This document shows positions 1 to 13,517 of a stretch of 64,000 bases of DNA, one piece after another. Position 1 is the first letter of the stretch, and every line of letters starts with the position of its first letter. Location of the stretch: the NCBI RefSeq assembly GCF_006345805.1, contig NC_043009.1, forward strand, positions 13,578,001 through 13,642,000, written 5' to 3'. A program made the translations under genes and the position numbers. The notes under the pieces are model-generated. The model had not been told where the DNA came from. It searched no databases and saw only the letters and a program-made list of their open reading frames with translations. The DNA comes from Octopus sinensis (taxonomy: Eukaryota).

Positions 1-459
1 CTATAACCTGCCTTCTCATTTAGCTCTTGTTAAAACGGTTTTGGGACTCATAACTATAAGATCATAAGCTCTCAAAATTATTGGTATCGATTCTGTTTCA
101 ATATGTCTCAAAGAATGGAATGTAAACAACCAGATTGTTTGCAGATGTGATATGTAAAGCAATTATCACCTTCCTCGTATAATATTCAATAAGGTTATTC
201 AAGAGAATTTAAATGAAATTTTTAATCTATCAAACATTGCCAAGCGGAAGAGAAACATAGCACTTACATTCACGCGGCAAACGCGATTTGAACACACACA
301 CAATAATAATAATAACACAAATAATCGATTTGAACACACACACTGAATACATATATAATGTATATGAATGTACTGTATATGAGCATACATATACATGCAA
401 ACATACATTCGCACATTCACAAACTGATACACAGAAGCACATATATTGATGCATATGTG

Positions 460-460
<1 letters not shown>

Positions 461-536
<76 letters not shown>

Positions 537-554
537 ATATATAGATAGATAGAT

Positions 555-635
<81 letters not shown>
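461..635. repeat. (TA)n followed by (AGAT)n microsatellite
   Basis: Direct reading; explains ORFs 199..738 and 230..664 as artefacts. Confidence 0.97.
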
Positions 636-744
636 CAGTAAACCCCAAAGATGAAGTTGAACAAACATAAAGAAACAACGCGACGACGTCAGCAGACGCT
701 CGGGGAAGGAAAGCTGGTTTAATCGCAGGGAAAAACATCGTCAG

Positions 745-1620
745 CGATTCACACCTATGTTTGCGCTTAAACCAAATTTGTGCTTATATACTGCACTCGA
801 TCAAATGATGATTGATACTGTCGTATCCTCTACCGTAGATTGTATCTTTGCTGCTGTCTGTTTCTTATTACTTGTCTTTATCAGATTTGTTTGGCTGGCT
901 TGTTCCTGGGCAGCTATAATTAGAGTTTCTCTTTCTCGTCTGGTGTTCCCCTCGCCAACGAGAGCCAGCGATCTTTATCGCCAATATTCTTGGAGTCTTA
1001 CATAAATTGTCCACGTAGTTCCATTTATTTCTATTTATTTGCTCTGTTCTTCATTTTCCTTTTGAATTCTCCCACTGTTTCAGTCAGTTTTGGGGTATCT
1101 CTGGCTGCTCGTAATATTCGTTATATACTCAGCGCAACAATTTTTCAGACCCAGTATCAGAATATTAACAGTGACCTCTGCGTTCAGTAATCCTCTTTCA
1201 CCTTCCTTTCTTTGTATGTGGAGAGGGTCGGCATTGTGATCAGAATGGAATGGGTCAGCATTCTAATTCTGAACATTTTTAGTTCTATCCAACATATTAA
1301 GCTCAAACTTTTTCCATTCTTGAAAGGTAGCTGAATATCTCAACATTAGCACAGCCCATGTATTTAAGGTTTAATGATGATCCCTGCATTTAATTTTGTT
1401 TCAGCACCCTAATGATTCTCTCGTAGTCTTTAGTGGCTTACCCTCTCGTTATCTTATCCTCATGCGACACTTAGAGATATTTGTATCCCTCATTATTCCA
1501 CAGCCATCTAATGATGGTGTCTTGTGGTAATTTTATGCCCTCATAATTTTATGCGCACTCCTATACCATAAATTAAGTTGCGTTATCTTTACTGAATACT
1601 CTCATTGTTTGGATCAAAGA
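745..1620 (-). mobile_element. Degenerate R4/Dong-clade LINE relic (RT C-terminus to zinc-knuckle region)
   Basis: Minus-strand translation across stops/frameshifts gives YKYL, DHNADPLHIQRKEGERGLLNAEV, LRGQF..DKDRW, ETLIIAAQEQA and SINHHLIEC, the motif order of R4/Dong ORFs. Confidence 0.8.
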
Positions 1621-1682
1621 ATGTGACCAAATTTTAATAAAGTAGGTGATTTACTCTCATCTTAATTTTAATAAACTCATTT

Positions 1683-2207
1683 GTGTGAGAGAGCAATGCC
1701 ACCAAAGTGACAGTGGGATGAAAATATAGGCAACTCAACATACTCATCGTGACTACCCGTGTGATAAGAGGATATCCAGCACATGCATCACAAAAATATG
1801 TGCGCTACATGGTGATATCATATAAAGATATACAGAGCATGACCTTGCAGGTAGGTCCTAGTTAGAATTTTCTTCAGCTTGTGTAGTTCTACCCTCTCAA
1901 AAATCACTGAATAAGGTTTTGTTTAGGGGTGCTGAACGAAGCAGAGGTGAATTATCCGAAGAATTCATCTCAAAACTCAATGATGCTTCCCCACTACTTC
2001 TGCTCGTGATCAGAGACTCACATATCGTCAGCCACTAAGGGTTTGCTCAACTAGTTAAGGTCAAGCAACTGATAAGTAAATATGTGGTATTGAACAGAAT
2101 ATTTGCAGTAGCCTTTCTTTTATACCACGACAAAACATGTACATGATAACATTCCAATCAGTTAAGATCAAAGGCCATAAGAATCACTGCCTGGTACTGC
2201 ATCAGAG
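1683..2207 (-). mobile_element. ~520-bp non-coding interspersed repeat without tRNA head, associated with (TAA)n
   Basis: Second copy at 61277-61615 and a ~50-bp piece at 2379-2428; the copies abut (TAA)n arrays. Strand inferred from the (AAT)n tail at 61277. Confidence 0.7.
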
Positions 2208-2700
<493 letters not shown>

Positions 2701-4950
2701 TATGTTTGACTTTTGCTCTGCATTTGTACTTGGCTCCCAGTCTCACCCAGAGACCTTATGAGACAACAAATTAGAAGTTCATGTTGGTGTTATGCCTACG
2801 CTGCAATATATTTGGTTTTGCACATAGTATTGTTCTAGAGAATGTTTAAGAAAACATAGGAAAATTATGAGTTTGTTTTAAAATTTGAGATTACATAGCC
2901 AGTATTTTACGTAGGATATGGGCAGTTCCCATGAGTACTAACTTTTGATTTTTTGCGATTTTGTGGTTTTATGGTATCTGGGCTAGGCAGCAATCAGCCC
3001 CTTTTGCTATTATTCCAAGTGTACCTATGTCAACAGGCATTGTTTTAGTCTTAAGGTTCCACATTTTGCTAATTTCTATTTCAAGATCTTTATAGTTGCT
3101 CAGATTTTGGTAAGTCTTGACAGATACGTTTATGTCAATTGGAATAGTCATATCAATGAGGAGGTATGATATTTGTTTGAAGACTTTCAATATAAGGTCT
3201 GGCCGATTTGCATTTATTTTTCTCTCAGTTTGAATGGTGACCTTCGAGAGGAGTGAGATGTGATCATTTTCAAGCACTGGAGGAGGTTTGTATTCCCACA
3301 AGTTTTTATCATGTGGCAAGTCCTGACTTTTGCAAATTACCCAGTGAATATATTTTGCAGCTCTATCATACCTGTTGAGATACCCTGTAGGTATAAGAAG
3401 ACTGCATATGGAGACAACGTGATCAATGGTTTCATTTTGTTGTTGACATACATGACATGTTGGGAAACTGAAGTTTTAATATATGTTGGTCTGGTAGCTT
3501 CTGGTCTGTAAGCATTGATCTTGGACCGCTATGATAAACCCTTCTGTTTCTCATTTTGAGCTAGAAGCCATTAACCATTGATGGGAAAGGGTTTTGTGAA
3601 CATTAGCATTATTTGCCCTGTTCGGGTATTTGCCATTTATCAGTAAGAATATCTAAGGCAGCATTTTAACACGGGTTTTCATGCGCTTAGCATTTTCTCT
3701 GCTTCTTTCTCGTGCGTCAGATTCTGGAATTTGTTGTATTTGGAATTCACTTAAATATCTCTTTGCCTCTTTTGTTACTGAGTATGATGCTTTCTTGTTT
3801 TCATGTTTTGAGATAAGTTTTAACATCCAGTCCTCATAGTTTTCAGGTAGGTGTCTAGACCAATCGTAGCAATCTTCATTGTTAATTCCAGTTGTAAAAG
3901 TCCACGGCCTCCATCTTTTCTTGATACATAAAGTCGTTCTATATCTGCCTTAGTCTGCAATTGTCGTATTTTCTGTTAAGATTACAGATTTCGGTAATCG
4001 ACCAGTTAATGATATTGAAACTGTAAGTCACGGCTTGTATGGCTAAAGCATTGATCGCTTCGATCCCGTTTCTTGCATTCAGCTCTGTTTTGAGTATAGC
4101 TCTCACCATGCGATAACATTCTCTTCTTATCCTTTCCCTGATCACTAAATGTCAGATTCCGTCCGCTTCAAATAACCCTAGGTATTTGTAGCTCTTCGCT
4201 GGTTCTAAGTCCTTTATGACGTTCTGCTAGTCAAGGTTAACGGTAGATGATTCTGTCATTTTTCCTTTGATAAAGATAGCTTTTGCACATTTATCGAGAC
4301 CAGATAACATCATGATGTCATCACTGAATTGTTTAACATTCGCTAGTAAGCCCTGGATTTGTTGGTTATTTTTTGCGAAGAGCTTTATATCATCCATGTA
4401 AATGAGATGATTTAAAGCTTCATCAAACAATTCATAACCGTATTGTACATCATTGAGCAATTTCGAGAGATGTATTGAGGCTAAGCAAAAGAGGATTGTT
4501 GATAGCGAATCACAATGGAAAATGCTACATGAAATTCTTGCATCTCCAGCATTTAGAGATTCATTGTCACTATTCAAAAACAGTGAGGTTCTCCATGATC
4601 TCATACTTAGAACAAGAAATTTCGCAGAGTATGTGGTATACTATCAAAAGCTTTTTTATAATCTATCCAGGCGATTGAAAAGTTTTTGTGCCGTTTGTCA
4701 CAATCTTCCAAGATCATCTAGGTTGTAAAGTAGCTGATCTTTACAACCATAGATTCCACGTTTACATACTTTTTGCTCATTAGGGAATATGCCACTTTCT
4801 GATAAAAAAAAAGAAACCAGTTATATTCAGTCAAGACAGATGTTAGCGCTTTATACATTGTTGTTAAGCAGGGTAGATAATATTCTGGTTCATTTGTTCC
4901 TTCATTTTTAGGAAGCTGGAATGTTAAACATTTACTAGCCAAGAGGAATC
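2701..4950 (-). mobile_element. 5'-truncated R4/Dong-clade non-LTR retrotransposon (RT, zinc knuckle, restriction-like endonuclease), frameshifted
   Basis: RT motifs CLTTMYK and LNHLIYMDDIKLFAK (4227..4604); CHVCQQQNETIDHVVSIC knuckle (~3390-3460); RLE motifs RPDL..LIDMTIP..YKDLEIEI (2969..3319); 3' end runs into (TAA)n at ~2700. Confidence 0.93.
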
Positions 4951-4984
4951 ATAATAGGATGTTTCAAAACTTTTTTGTATATTA

Positions 4985-4987
4985 TAG

Positions 4988-5078
<91 letters not shown>

Positions 5079-5091
5079 CATAATTATTATT

Positions 5092-5154
<63 letters not shown>

Positions 5155-5158
5155 AATT
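4985..5158. repeat. (TAT)n microsatellite
   Basis: Direct reading. Confidence 0.97.
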
Positions 5159-5432
5159 ATGTAGTGTGAAGGATAACCTCGTAGCATATCTGGGGCATAA
5201 TGAACAGGACAATTCGTAAATAGAAGAAAGAATCCACAGAACCAGATTTTTGAGATTACTGCATGAAACTTAGCAAGAAATTCCAGAAGAGAATATTCTT
5301 CATCTGATCAGTAGCATGACTAATTGTGTATTATTATCGAAAAAAGGCAAAGAGCATGTCTACTAAATATTGGATATTCACATTATAGTAATCAATAAAT
5401 AGTTTGAATGTATAATTCAAGATTTAAATATA

Positions 5433-6300
5433 CCAGGTCATCCCATAAGTTCTGTCTGAATTTCGAATAAAGAAACAAGTGATAGTCACAAGTCTATCCA
5501 AAAAGGGTGAAATGAGTTCACGAGAATGGAGAGAAGAGCAGATGTCAACTCGGAATTTGCGGTTGCTTTCGGACAATTCATGAAGCACCCATTTTCCAAG
5601 TTTAGGAACCTTTCCAAGTTGCTGAAGATAACAATGAATAGTTGTATGGTTTGAACTAAGCTTCATTGCCAATTCTTCAACTGATAATGCAGATTTTCTT
5701 CGAGTAATGCCTCAAGGAACTTATCATCAAACTCAACTGGACGTCCTGTTCGATCTTCATCTTCAAGGCTGACATCTCCACTTGTAAATTTTGCAACACA
5801 ACTTCTGCAAGTTCCTTCATTCAGGCATTCTTTCCCAAAAACTTAATGTCTTTCGAGTCACTTGGGCTGTAGAGTTTCCATTTTTTGTACTCATGGATCG
5901 GTCTGGTTACGGAGTAGAAGCGACGAGCAAATTTCTTATCTGCGTTTTTCTTATTTTCATTTAAATCTTGTGGTACCCTATTCGTCGAGCTTATTTGATT
6001 TTCCGATCGCATGCAAATGGCGGCAGGCAGTTTGCTGGTTAACTTGGAGTTCTTTTGCTAGTTTCGTGTGGGTTTTTACGTGGATCTTTCTCAATGATGG
6101 TCTTTAATTAGCCGTCATCGATGACAGCTGGGCATCCACTACGCTCACGATCTTCAAGGCTCGGGTCTTAACTACGAGATCGTTTAAGCCATTTTCCAGC
6201 TAACTATTCACTGGTCATTTCCTCACCAAATGTTTCGTTGATATTGCGAGCAATTTTTGAAGTTAAGTAGCAAAATTGTTTGAATACCGCGACGGTGAAA
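5433..6300 (-). mobile_element. Two tandem N-terminal mariner transposase fragments, one joined directly to a TIR-like end
   Basis: SLEDEDRTGRPVEFDD..LGKWVLHELSE..FLDRLVT (5490-5880) and IARNINETFGEE..SLEDRERSG (5890-6290); TIR-like TA|CCAGGTCATCCCATAAGTTCTGTC from 5431. Confidence 0.82.
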
Positions 6301-7176
6301 AAAATACCAATGTTAATTAATTGATGCATTTGGGCAAATATATGTCTGTGTGTGTGTGTGTGTGTGCGTGTGTGAGTTTGTAAGATGGTATAATTATAAC
6401 CAGGGTAAACTTTAGCCATATTTCGTAGACTGAAAAAAATTGAACAACCTTAATCGCTTTTTGGGACTTAGCTGGTTCGCTTCACAGGTGTCTACATCAT
6501 TCTGACAATCTACAGAGAGACGCGCAGACAAACTGCTTATATACTCAAAAAATATATTTTAATAATGAAGAGTAAAATCAATAATAATTTTACCAGGTAC
6601 CCAGTACAGAAATAGAAACTTTTTAGGTTAATTTTACAAATATTTTATAATCATATACATAATTATAAGAACGGGTCTGACTTATGCTTCGCCACGTACC
6701 GATTAGAAATAGAAGCTAAAATATTTTTTACTACCATAAAACCTATGAGAAATAACACACTTTTAATGTAGGCAAAATAAATATAATGAAGCAACAAGGC
6801 CGGTTAATTATGAACGCGTTTCGAAGTTAAAGTAAAACATATTACTCACTGTTTCTATGTGAGTATGTATATATGTATATGTTTATGTGTGCGTATATTT
6901 ATATGTATAAATGTCCAATATATAAGTAAGCATACATCTATGTGTGTATGAGGATGAAGTTGCGGGCATATTTACTAATATGAGTGCATTTTTCCCTTGT
7001 TAACAATCAATTAACACGGAAAAATTAGATAAATAGTTACCGGGGTAGAAAAAATCACACAAATAAAATGACATCTTTGAAACATGTGTCGGAAGTAAAA
7101 GTATTTGAATTATACCTGCATTAAACTCCATATATATGTATATATATATATGTTATATATATATATATATATATAT

Positions 7177-7512
7177 GAGACCCCCTTCGGTCACGACACT
7201 GACCAAGGAATTGCACCAAGAAAGTTACCATCCCAGGCACAAGTCCGGGCAATGTTGTTTATGGAAGACCAGCAGTCGCCCATGCATACCATCCTCCCCT
7301 CTCCACGCCACCAGTGTTATCCAAGGGAAAGGCAACAGCAGATACAGCTTGGCACCTGTGACGTCGCAACTCATTTCTACAGCTGAGTGAACTGGAGTAA
7401 CGTGAAATAAAGGGTCTTGCTCAAGAACACAATATGCAGCCCGGTCCGGGATTCGAGCTCACAACCTCACGATCGTAAGCTCGACTCGCTAAACACTGAG
7501 CCATGCGCTTTC
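7177..7512 (-). mobile_element. tRNA-derived SINE (family with ...ATGACCGAAGGGGGTCTC 3' tail)
   Basis: Reverse-complement homologue of 54590-54929; pol III A/B-box-like head. Confidence 0.9.
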
Positions 7513-7794
7513 ACATAGGCGCTTTTTATCTTTTATATTTCTCCTATCTATTACGGTAACGTCCCATTTATTCAACAGTTCTTTTATAGCGTCTATTGTC
7601 ATAATAGCCGTTGGAAATGCATCTTAGCTCTTAGCTCCCGCATATGAAACTCTGAGTTCTTTTATTACAACTTACTGTTTCTCCTAAACTATATATTTGT
7701 AAATTCCTCTATTTACCTAATATCCAAGTTTCATTCTTTTGCTTTCATTTTATTATTATTGTTGTTATTATTATTATTATTATTTATTATTATA

Positions 7795-8130
7795 TTAGAA
7801 AAACACCGCCGCGTGCTTTATTTCTCGTCCGGCTGCAATCATCAGCTGAGTGCCGTTGCAACCGGACTCATGCCAGTTCTGTGGTCTTATACGCTTTACA
7901 CAAATGACCTGGTAATCCAAGCACTACCCTCAACTGCTTTCTCCCCATATTTCTTGATTATACTCCTCGCAGCAGATACACCAGCAATCTTCAGAAATCT
8001 TCTGAGGGTAGCTGCTGTGAAACACCTGCACCAAACCTCGAACGGAACCAGCTCACAGATGTAAGCCTTCTCTTGAATCTCTTCAGAGCCCAACAGCTTC
8101 CACTCATGGGACTCAGTAATGCTCTACTCC
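7795..8130 (-). mobile_element. 3' fragment of a HERO-like RLE non-LTR retrotransposon
   Basis: ORF 7896..8093 ICELVPFEVWCRCF..FLKIAG..KAVEGSAWI resembles the PxEVGCRGF..AExGSxWIW C-terminus of HERO-type elements; short 3'UTR then (TAA)n at ~7755-7795. Confidence 0.72.
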
Positions 8131-8147
8131 TATATACATATGTTTGG

Positions 8148-8180
<33 letters not shown>

Positions 8181-8182
<2 letters not shown>

Positions 8183-8345
8183 CGCAGGAATGGTTGTGTC
8201 ATGAGTAGCTTGCTTAACTACCACATGCTTCCGGGTTCAGTCGCACTGCGTTTCACCTTGGGTGAGTATTTCCTACTATAGCCTCCGGTCGACCAAAGTG
8301 TTGTGAGTGGATTTGGTAGACGTAAACTGAAAGAAGCACGTCGTA
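8181..8345 (+). mobile_element. 5' half of tRNA-derived SINE (GGCGCAGGA..GGTAAG family with internal microsatellite)
   Basis: Homologous to 20269-20430 and 27357-27520. Confidence 0.88.
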
Positions 8346-8351
8346 TATACG

Positions 8352-8431
<80 letters not shown>

Positions 8432-8654
8432 AGTACTACGGTATATATATTCTTATTTGTATACATTAATGCACAAACACTCACCTACCTACATTTGTGT
8501 AAATCTATGTATGTATAAGTGTGTGTATTTGTATTTTGTACATGCATATATGCGTATATATGCATATACATATGTTATATGTATGTGCGTACATACCTAC
8601 ACACACACACACATACATACATACATACATACATACATACATACATACATACAT

Positions 8655-9044
8655 GGAATGGATTGGAAGCACTCCGTCGGTTACGACGATGAAGGTTTCG
8701 GTTGATCCGAATCAACGGAACAGCCTGCTCGTGAATTTAACGTGTAAGTGGCTGAGCACTCCACAGACACGTGTACCCTTAACGTATTTCTCGAGGATAT
8801 TCAGCGTGACACAGAGAGTGACAAGGCCGGTCCTTTGAATTACAGGTACAACAGAAACAGGAAGTAAGAGAGAGAGAAGTTGTGATGAAAGAGTACAGCA
8901 GGGATCACCACCATCCCTGCCGGAGCCTCGTGGAGCCTTAGGTGTTTTCGCTCAATAAACACTCACGACGCCCGGTCTGGGAATCGAAACCGCGATCCTA
9001 CGACCGCGAGTCCGCTGCCCTAACCACTGGGCCATTGCGCCTCC
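8655..9044 (-). mobile_element. tRNA-derived SINE (GGAGGCGCAATGGCCCAGTGG family)
   Basis: A box TGGCCCAGTGG, B box GTTTCGATTCC; homologous to 23018-23370 (+). Confidence 0.9.
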
Positions 9045-9345
9045 CATACATGCATATTTACATGGCATTCAGCTGGGTCCAAAGTTGAAAAATTTCATGT
9101 CTGGTTTTTTAAAATTTCAAATGGACATTCCCATGATATGCCTGCACAATGTATATCCCAACTCATGAATTATATAAAAACAATGTAGTTACATCTGAGA
9201 AGTAAATTTTCTATTTAAGATTATAACTACAATAAATTTACGGGTTAATGAGGCTGACTTTTACTTGGGAAATACTGTTTTGTATTTCCAACAGGAAGAG
9301 GTCTATGTTTGTGGTGTTTGTGGTGAGGCATCAGAGATGTGACCT

Positions 9346-9584
9346 TGGTGCCAATGTAGCGGCAGTCCCAAAATGTTTAGGAACCAATGAATAAACATAT
9401 ATTAGTTTCTAATTTTGGCAGAAGGACAACAATTTCGGAGAGGAGGATAATCGGTGCTCAACTGGTACTTCTATTTCGAGCCTGAAAAGATCACCTTATT
9501 GCCTTAATATCTATTAATATTTAACAGTACACAGTCAAGCAGTTACCAGTTCATAAGAAAATGTGGGATACTTAACTGTATGTA
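9346..9584 (+). repeat. Composite ~240-bp repeat, copy 1
   Basis: Colinear with 22576-22829, including the same SINE-fragment junction. Confidence 0.85.
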
Positions 9585-10853
9585 TTGGGTTGGCAACTAT
9601 TTTCCCGCAGTTTTTTTTTTAATTTAAATATTTTAAAAGGTTTAATAAAAATATCAACTAATTAATCAATAATGTATTCACCCTTGTTGTTTACAACTTC
9701 TTCCCAACGTTCAACAAGAATTTCAATACCTCGTTGGTAGAAATCACCCGATTTCGACTTGAAAAATTGATCCAACCAAACTCTCAATTCTGCATCAGTA
9801 TTGAACGAAACTCCGCGCATAGCCTTTGAAAGAGATCGGAAGAGGTGGAAATCCGTTGGTGGCAAATCAGGAGAGTACGGCGGGTGTGGCAGCACTTCCC
9901 AGCCAAGGCTACCATATTGGCGATATAAAGGCGGGCATTGTCGTGCCGCAGAATAACTCCATGCTACCGATTAGGTCTTTTCTCTTGAATAGCCTTGTTG
10001 AGTCGTTCCATCTGTTGAACATAAAGTTCCGCGTTGATCGTTTGGTTCCGTTCAAGCAATTCTTAATGGATAATTCTTTCCCAGTCCCACCATACACACA
10101 ACATCGTTTTACGCGGACGAATATCTTGTTTCAAGCGCGGTGTCGCTTGCTTACCGGAGCTAAGCCATTCCTTACTCTGCTTCATAGTGATGTACAGGCA
10201 CCATTTTTCGTCGCCAGTAACGATTCGGTAAAGAAATCGTTGCTTGTGTCCATGAGTTCAGCGCTGACGAGCAAGCAATCCAGCAGAGATTGTGGCTCGT
10301 TAATTTTTGTTGTTGTCATTTAAAGCATGCAGAACCTATGCTTCATATTTCTGAACCTTTCCCATCGGATGAAGATGCTCCTTTATAGCAATGTGGGAGC
10401 ATTCCATTTTCTCTGCTACTTCCCTTGCCATTTGACGAGAATTTTCGTGCAAAAGTAGGTTTAATCGCTCTTCATCGAACTCAACTAGACGGACAGGACG
10501 AGGTGCGTCTTTGAGGTCAAAATTTCCATTTTTAAAGTTGGCATACCAATCATGAGCGGTTCTTTCAGCTATAGTACCCTCTCCATTCACAGCACAAATG
10601 TCACGAGCAGATTTTGCAGCCTTAGAACATTGATTAAAAGCAAAAAGAAGGAAGTGTCGAAAATGCTGGTTTTTCTTATTGATCTGTAAAATAAACTAAA
10701 ATTAACTAAAATTAACTAGAAAAAAGAAAAACAGCAATAAAGATTCCAAATGATTCAAAAATAAAATTCTCGAAAAAAATAGATTCCAAAATTTAAAAAC
10801 GCAGCAAATACTAAAATTTAAAATACACGGCGGGAACTTAGTTGCCAACCCAA
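9585..10853 (-). mobile_element. Full-length mariner (DD34D type), pseudogenised
   Basis: TIRs TTGGGTTGGCAACTA at both ends (TA left, CA right); motifs HFRHFLLF, VTGDEKW, HPPYSPDLPPTDFHLF; 1269 bp. Confidence 0.95.
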
Positions 10854-10872
10854 CACATATGTGTGTGTGTGT

Positions 10873-10944
<72 letters not shown>

Positions 10945-10995
10945 TAAATATATATACATATTCATATGCATATATATGAGTGTGTAGGTGTGTGT

Positions 10996-11050
10996 GGAGA
11001 CGCAGTGGTTCAGTGGTTATGGCAGCAGACTTGCAGTCGTAGGATCGATG
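10996..11050 (+). mobile_element. SINE head fragment (same family as 8655-9044)
   Basis: GGAGACGCAGTGGTTCAGTGGTTATGGCAGCAGACTTGCAGTCGTAGGATCG. Confidence 0.7.
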
Positions 11051-11574
11051 ATTTTGATGACAGCGGAATAGATGTTCAAGTCAGGCAAAAATGGGTGATC
11101 GGGAATCAAACTGTTCCAGCCTACGGAATGTCATCTTCGCTGTATGTAGCCGAGCATTATCCTGATAGAAGAACACATTTCGTTTTGAAACCAAAGATGG
11201 TAGTTTGTCTTCTAGCGCTGACTTAAGCCTCTCGAGATTCTCGCAGTAGACCTGCTTAGTTATTGCTTGGTTTGGGTTTAAAAGTTGAAAATGGACTAAA
11301 CCATTCATAACCCACCAAACGACTAACACCTTATGTGGGTGAAGACATTCTTCAGCCTGGGAGGCCGGTGTTTCTCCTTTCCCTAGCCACAGTCTCTCAG
11401 CACTTGACATTTTGATAAAGAACCCATTTCTCGTCACCAGTTACTATTTGATCCAAAATAGATTCATTCGTGAGACGTGACAGCAAAGGGGAGCACACAT
11501 TCACGCTTTGTGCGCGATTAGACTCGGAAATTTTGTGAGTAACCCCCTGACACAATTTGCTGACTTTTCCTTTT

Positions 11575-11765
11575 CTGCTTTCGGCACAAGGCCCGAAATT
11601 TTGGAGGAGCAAACCAGTCGACTAGATCGACCCCAGTACGCAACTGGTACTTAATTTATCGACCCTGAAAAGATGAAGGTCAAAGTCGACCTCAGGGGAA
11701 TTTGAACTCAGAACGTAAAGACAGACGAAATACCACTAAGCATTTCGCCCGATGTTCTAAAGTTT
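11575..11765 (-). mobile_element. tRNA-derived SINE with Nin/Deu-like central domain
   Basis: Homologous to 22083-22310; central CCTTTCATCCTTTCGGGGTCGATAAATTAAGTACCAG motif resembles the Nin/Deu domain (recognised from memory). Confidence 0.82.
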
Positions 11766-11997
11766 CTTATTTCTTCATTACCCACAAGATGCTAAATATA
11801 GAGGGGACAAACATGGACAGACAAAGGGATTAAGTCGATTACATCGACCCCAGTGCATAATTGGTACTTAATTTATCGACCCCGAAAGGATGAAAGGCAA
11901 AGTCGATTTCGGCGGAATTTGAACTGAGAACGTAAAAACAGACGAAATACCGTTAAGTGTTTCGCCCGATGTGCTAAAGTTTCTGCGAGCTTGCCGC
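11766..11997 (-). mobile_element. tRNA-derived SINE with Nin/Deu-like domain
   Basis: Homologous to 22083-22310 and 42747-42979. Confidence 0.88.
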
Positions 11998-12504
11998 TGC
12001 ATCTTCCGATGGCACACAAGTGTCGATGAATGGTTGAATGACAAAATCCAAGCTTCGTTGCTCTTTCCTCGGCAGTTACGATGTTCCTCCAGGTTTTGTG
12101 GGACGTACTTGTCGAGCTCTACAGATCTTCCAGGACGGGGCTTGTCTTATAGGCTGTAGCTTCTGGGTTGGTATTTCTGGAACCACCTTTCACACTGACT
12201 CATGATTATTGTCCTATCCTCATATACTCGATTAATATTGCTTGCGCTTTCCGTTGCGCTGTTCCTTTGTTGAACTCAAAAAGCAAAACATGCCGAATAT
12301 TCTCCTATGTGACTTCCATTATAGCTTTAACAAATATCACTGTTGAAATCGAACTGCACTCTTCAAAACTTGCACTAATATTAAGTCCAAGGTGAAATGA
12401 CTACCTGCTTTTATAGCGAGTTGGTGTAGGTAGTTTATCCCGCCCGCCTCCGACTTTAAATTCATGCTATATTTATGGGCTAACCCAATATATATAATGG
12501 AATT

Positions 12505-12655
12505 AAAAGAATGGGTCAAGAACGCAAAACATCGAGACAGTTACTAAAAAGAGATACTAAGAAGAGAAAAAAAAAGACCAGGACGGATCATTTGGAGTTT
12601 TCTTTCCTCAGTAGAGTTCCAGATTATCTTTGCAATTTCGGCCGAATTTTCCATT
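12505..12655 (-). repeat. ~140-bp dispersed repeat (possibly PLE terminal-repeat derived)
   Basis: Related copies at 13350-13478 (same orientation) and 20472-20590 (opposite orientation). Confidence 0.7.
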
Positions 12656-13349
12656 TCTGCTTTAGGCACAGGGCTCGAAATTTTGGAGGAGCAGGCTAGT
12701 CAACTGGTACTTAATCTATAGACCCCGGGATTGCTCTAATCTCGAGATTGCTCCAAACTGGCCAACCCCCAAAGAAAAACTAAGCTAAGAGCACTAGATT
12801 CCTTGGAAGAAAGCAGCAAATGTGTACGAAAACAAGGACGGAAAAAAAGGAAAAATGGTACACAAATACAAAGGCAATAACATGACATTAACAAGAGTTG
12901 TTTTTCGACTAAGGACGAATAAAGTTAAGTTGATGAGTTTGGTAGTGAAATCTTACGGCAGGTACATAAGAGATGACAGGCACGGGGAAGAACATAGATA
13001 TTGCAGGGATGGTTGTTGAGCCAAGAAATAAAGGCACGGTTTGGGCGAACACTGGTCACATGGAGAGAGAGGTAGAGGCAGAAGGATAGAAGAATAGGGA
13101 GGGGCGAGAAAAAAGAAAAGGGACAGAGTGGAATGAAAGAGGAGGGAAGGTGAGAATGAAGAGAAAGCCAAGAACTGTGAGAGACGGGAAACGAAAGAAT
13201 GAAGAGTGGAAAGAACGAAGTGTAAAGGGGCTGATAGAAAGAAAGAATGAAAGAATAAGAGAGTCGTACAAAACTTATATATATATGTACTTACATATAA
13301 GAAACCAAAGTGTACATACGCCGCCATATGTATATAAAAAGGAAGTTAA

Positions 13350-13476
13350 AAAATGGGACAATAACGCAAAATATCCAGATAGATGATACAAAAAAGGTAC
13401 AGGAAAAAACAAGGTTGGATGATTCAGAGTTTTCTTTCCTCAGACGAGTTCAGATTATCTTTACAATTTCGGCTGG

Positions 13477-13478
<2 letters not shown>
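13350..13478 (-). repeat. ~140-bp dispersed repeat, copy adjacent to (TA)n
   Basis: Aligns with 12505-12655. Confidence 0.7.

Positions 13479-13513
<35 letters not shown>

Positions 13514-13517
<4 letters not shown>

Larger units (their letters stand above)
11060..12488 (-). mobile_element. Mariner relic interrupted by two SINEs
   Basis: 5' TIR TA|TTGGGTTAGCCCATAA at 12488; N-terminus ends HRHLCAIG (~12000) and resumes KVSKL..IVTGDEKWV..YQDNARLHTA below 11575. Confidence 0.85.

Noticed and set aside
199-738. Long low-complexity ORFs (IY, LS, poly-I/N/Y/T) here and throughout the track
   Set aside because: Translations of microsatellites; no coding signal.
6400-6840. PLE-tail-like segment with GAAACGCGUU (minus)
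   Set aside because: 5' half of the core is missing and there is no second copy to support it.
7795-7850. CUGAUGA...GAAA...UUC in the HERO-like 3'UTR (minus)
   Set aside because: Stem I cannot form and stem II has only 3 bp; treated as chance.
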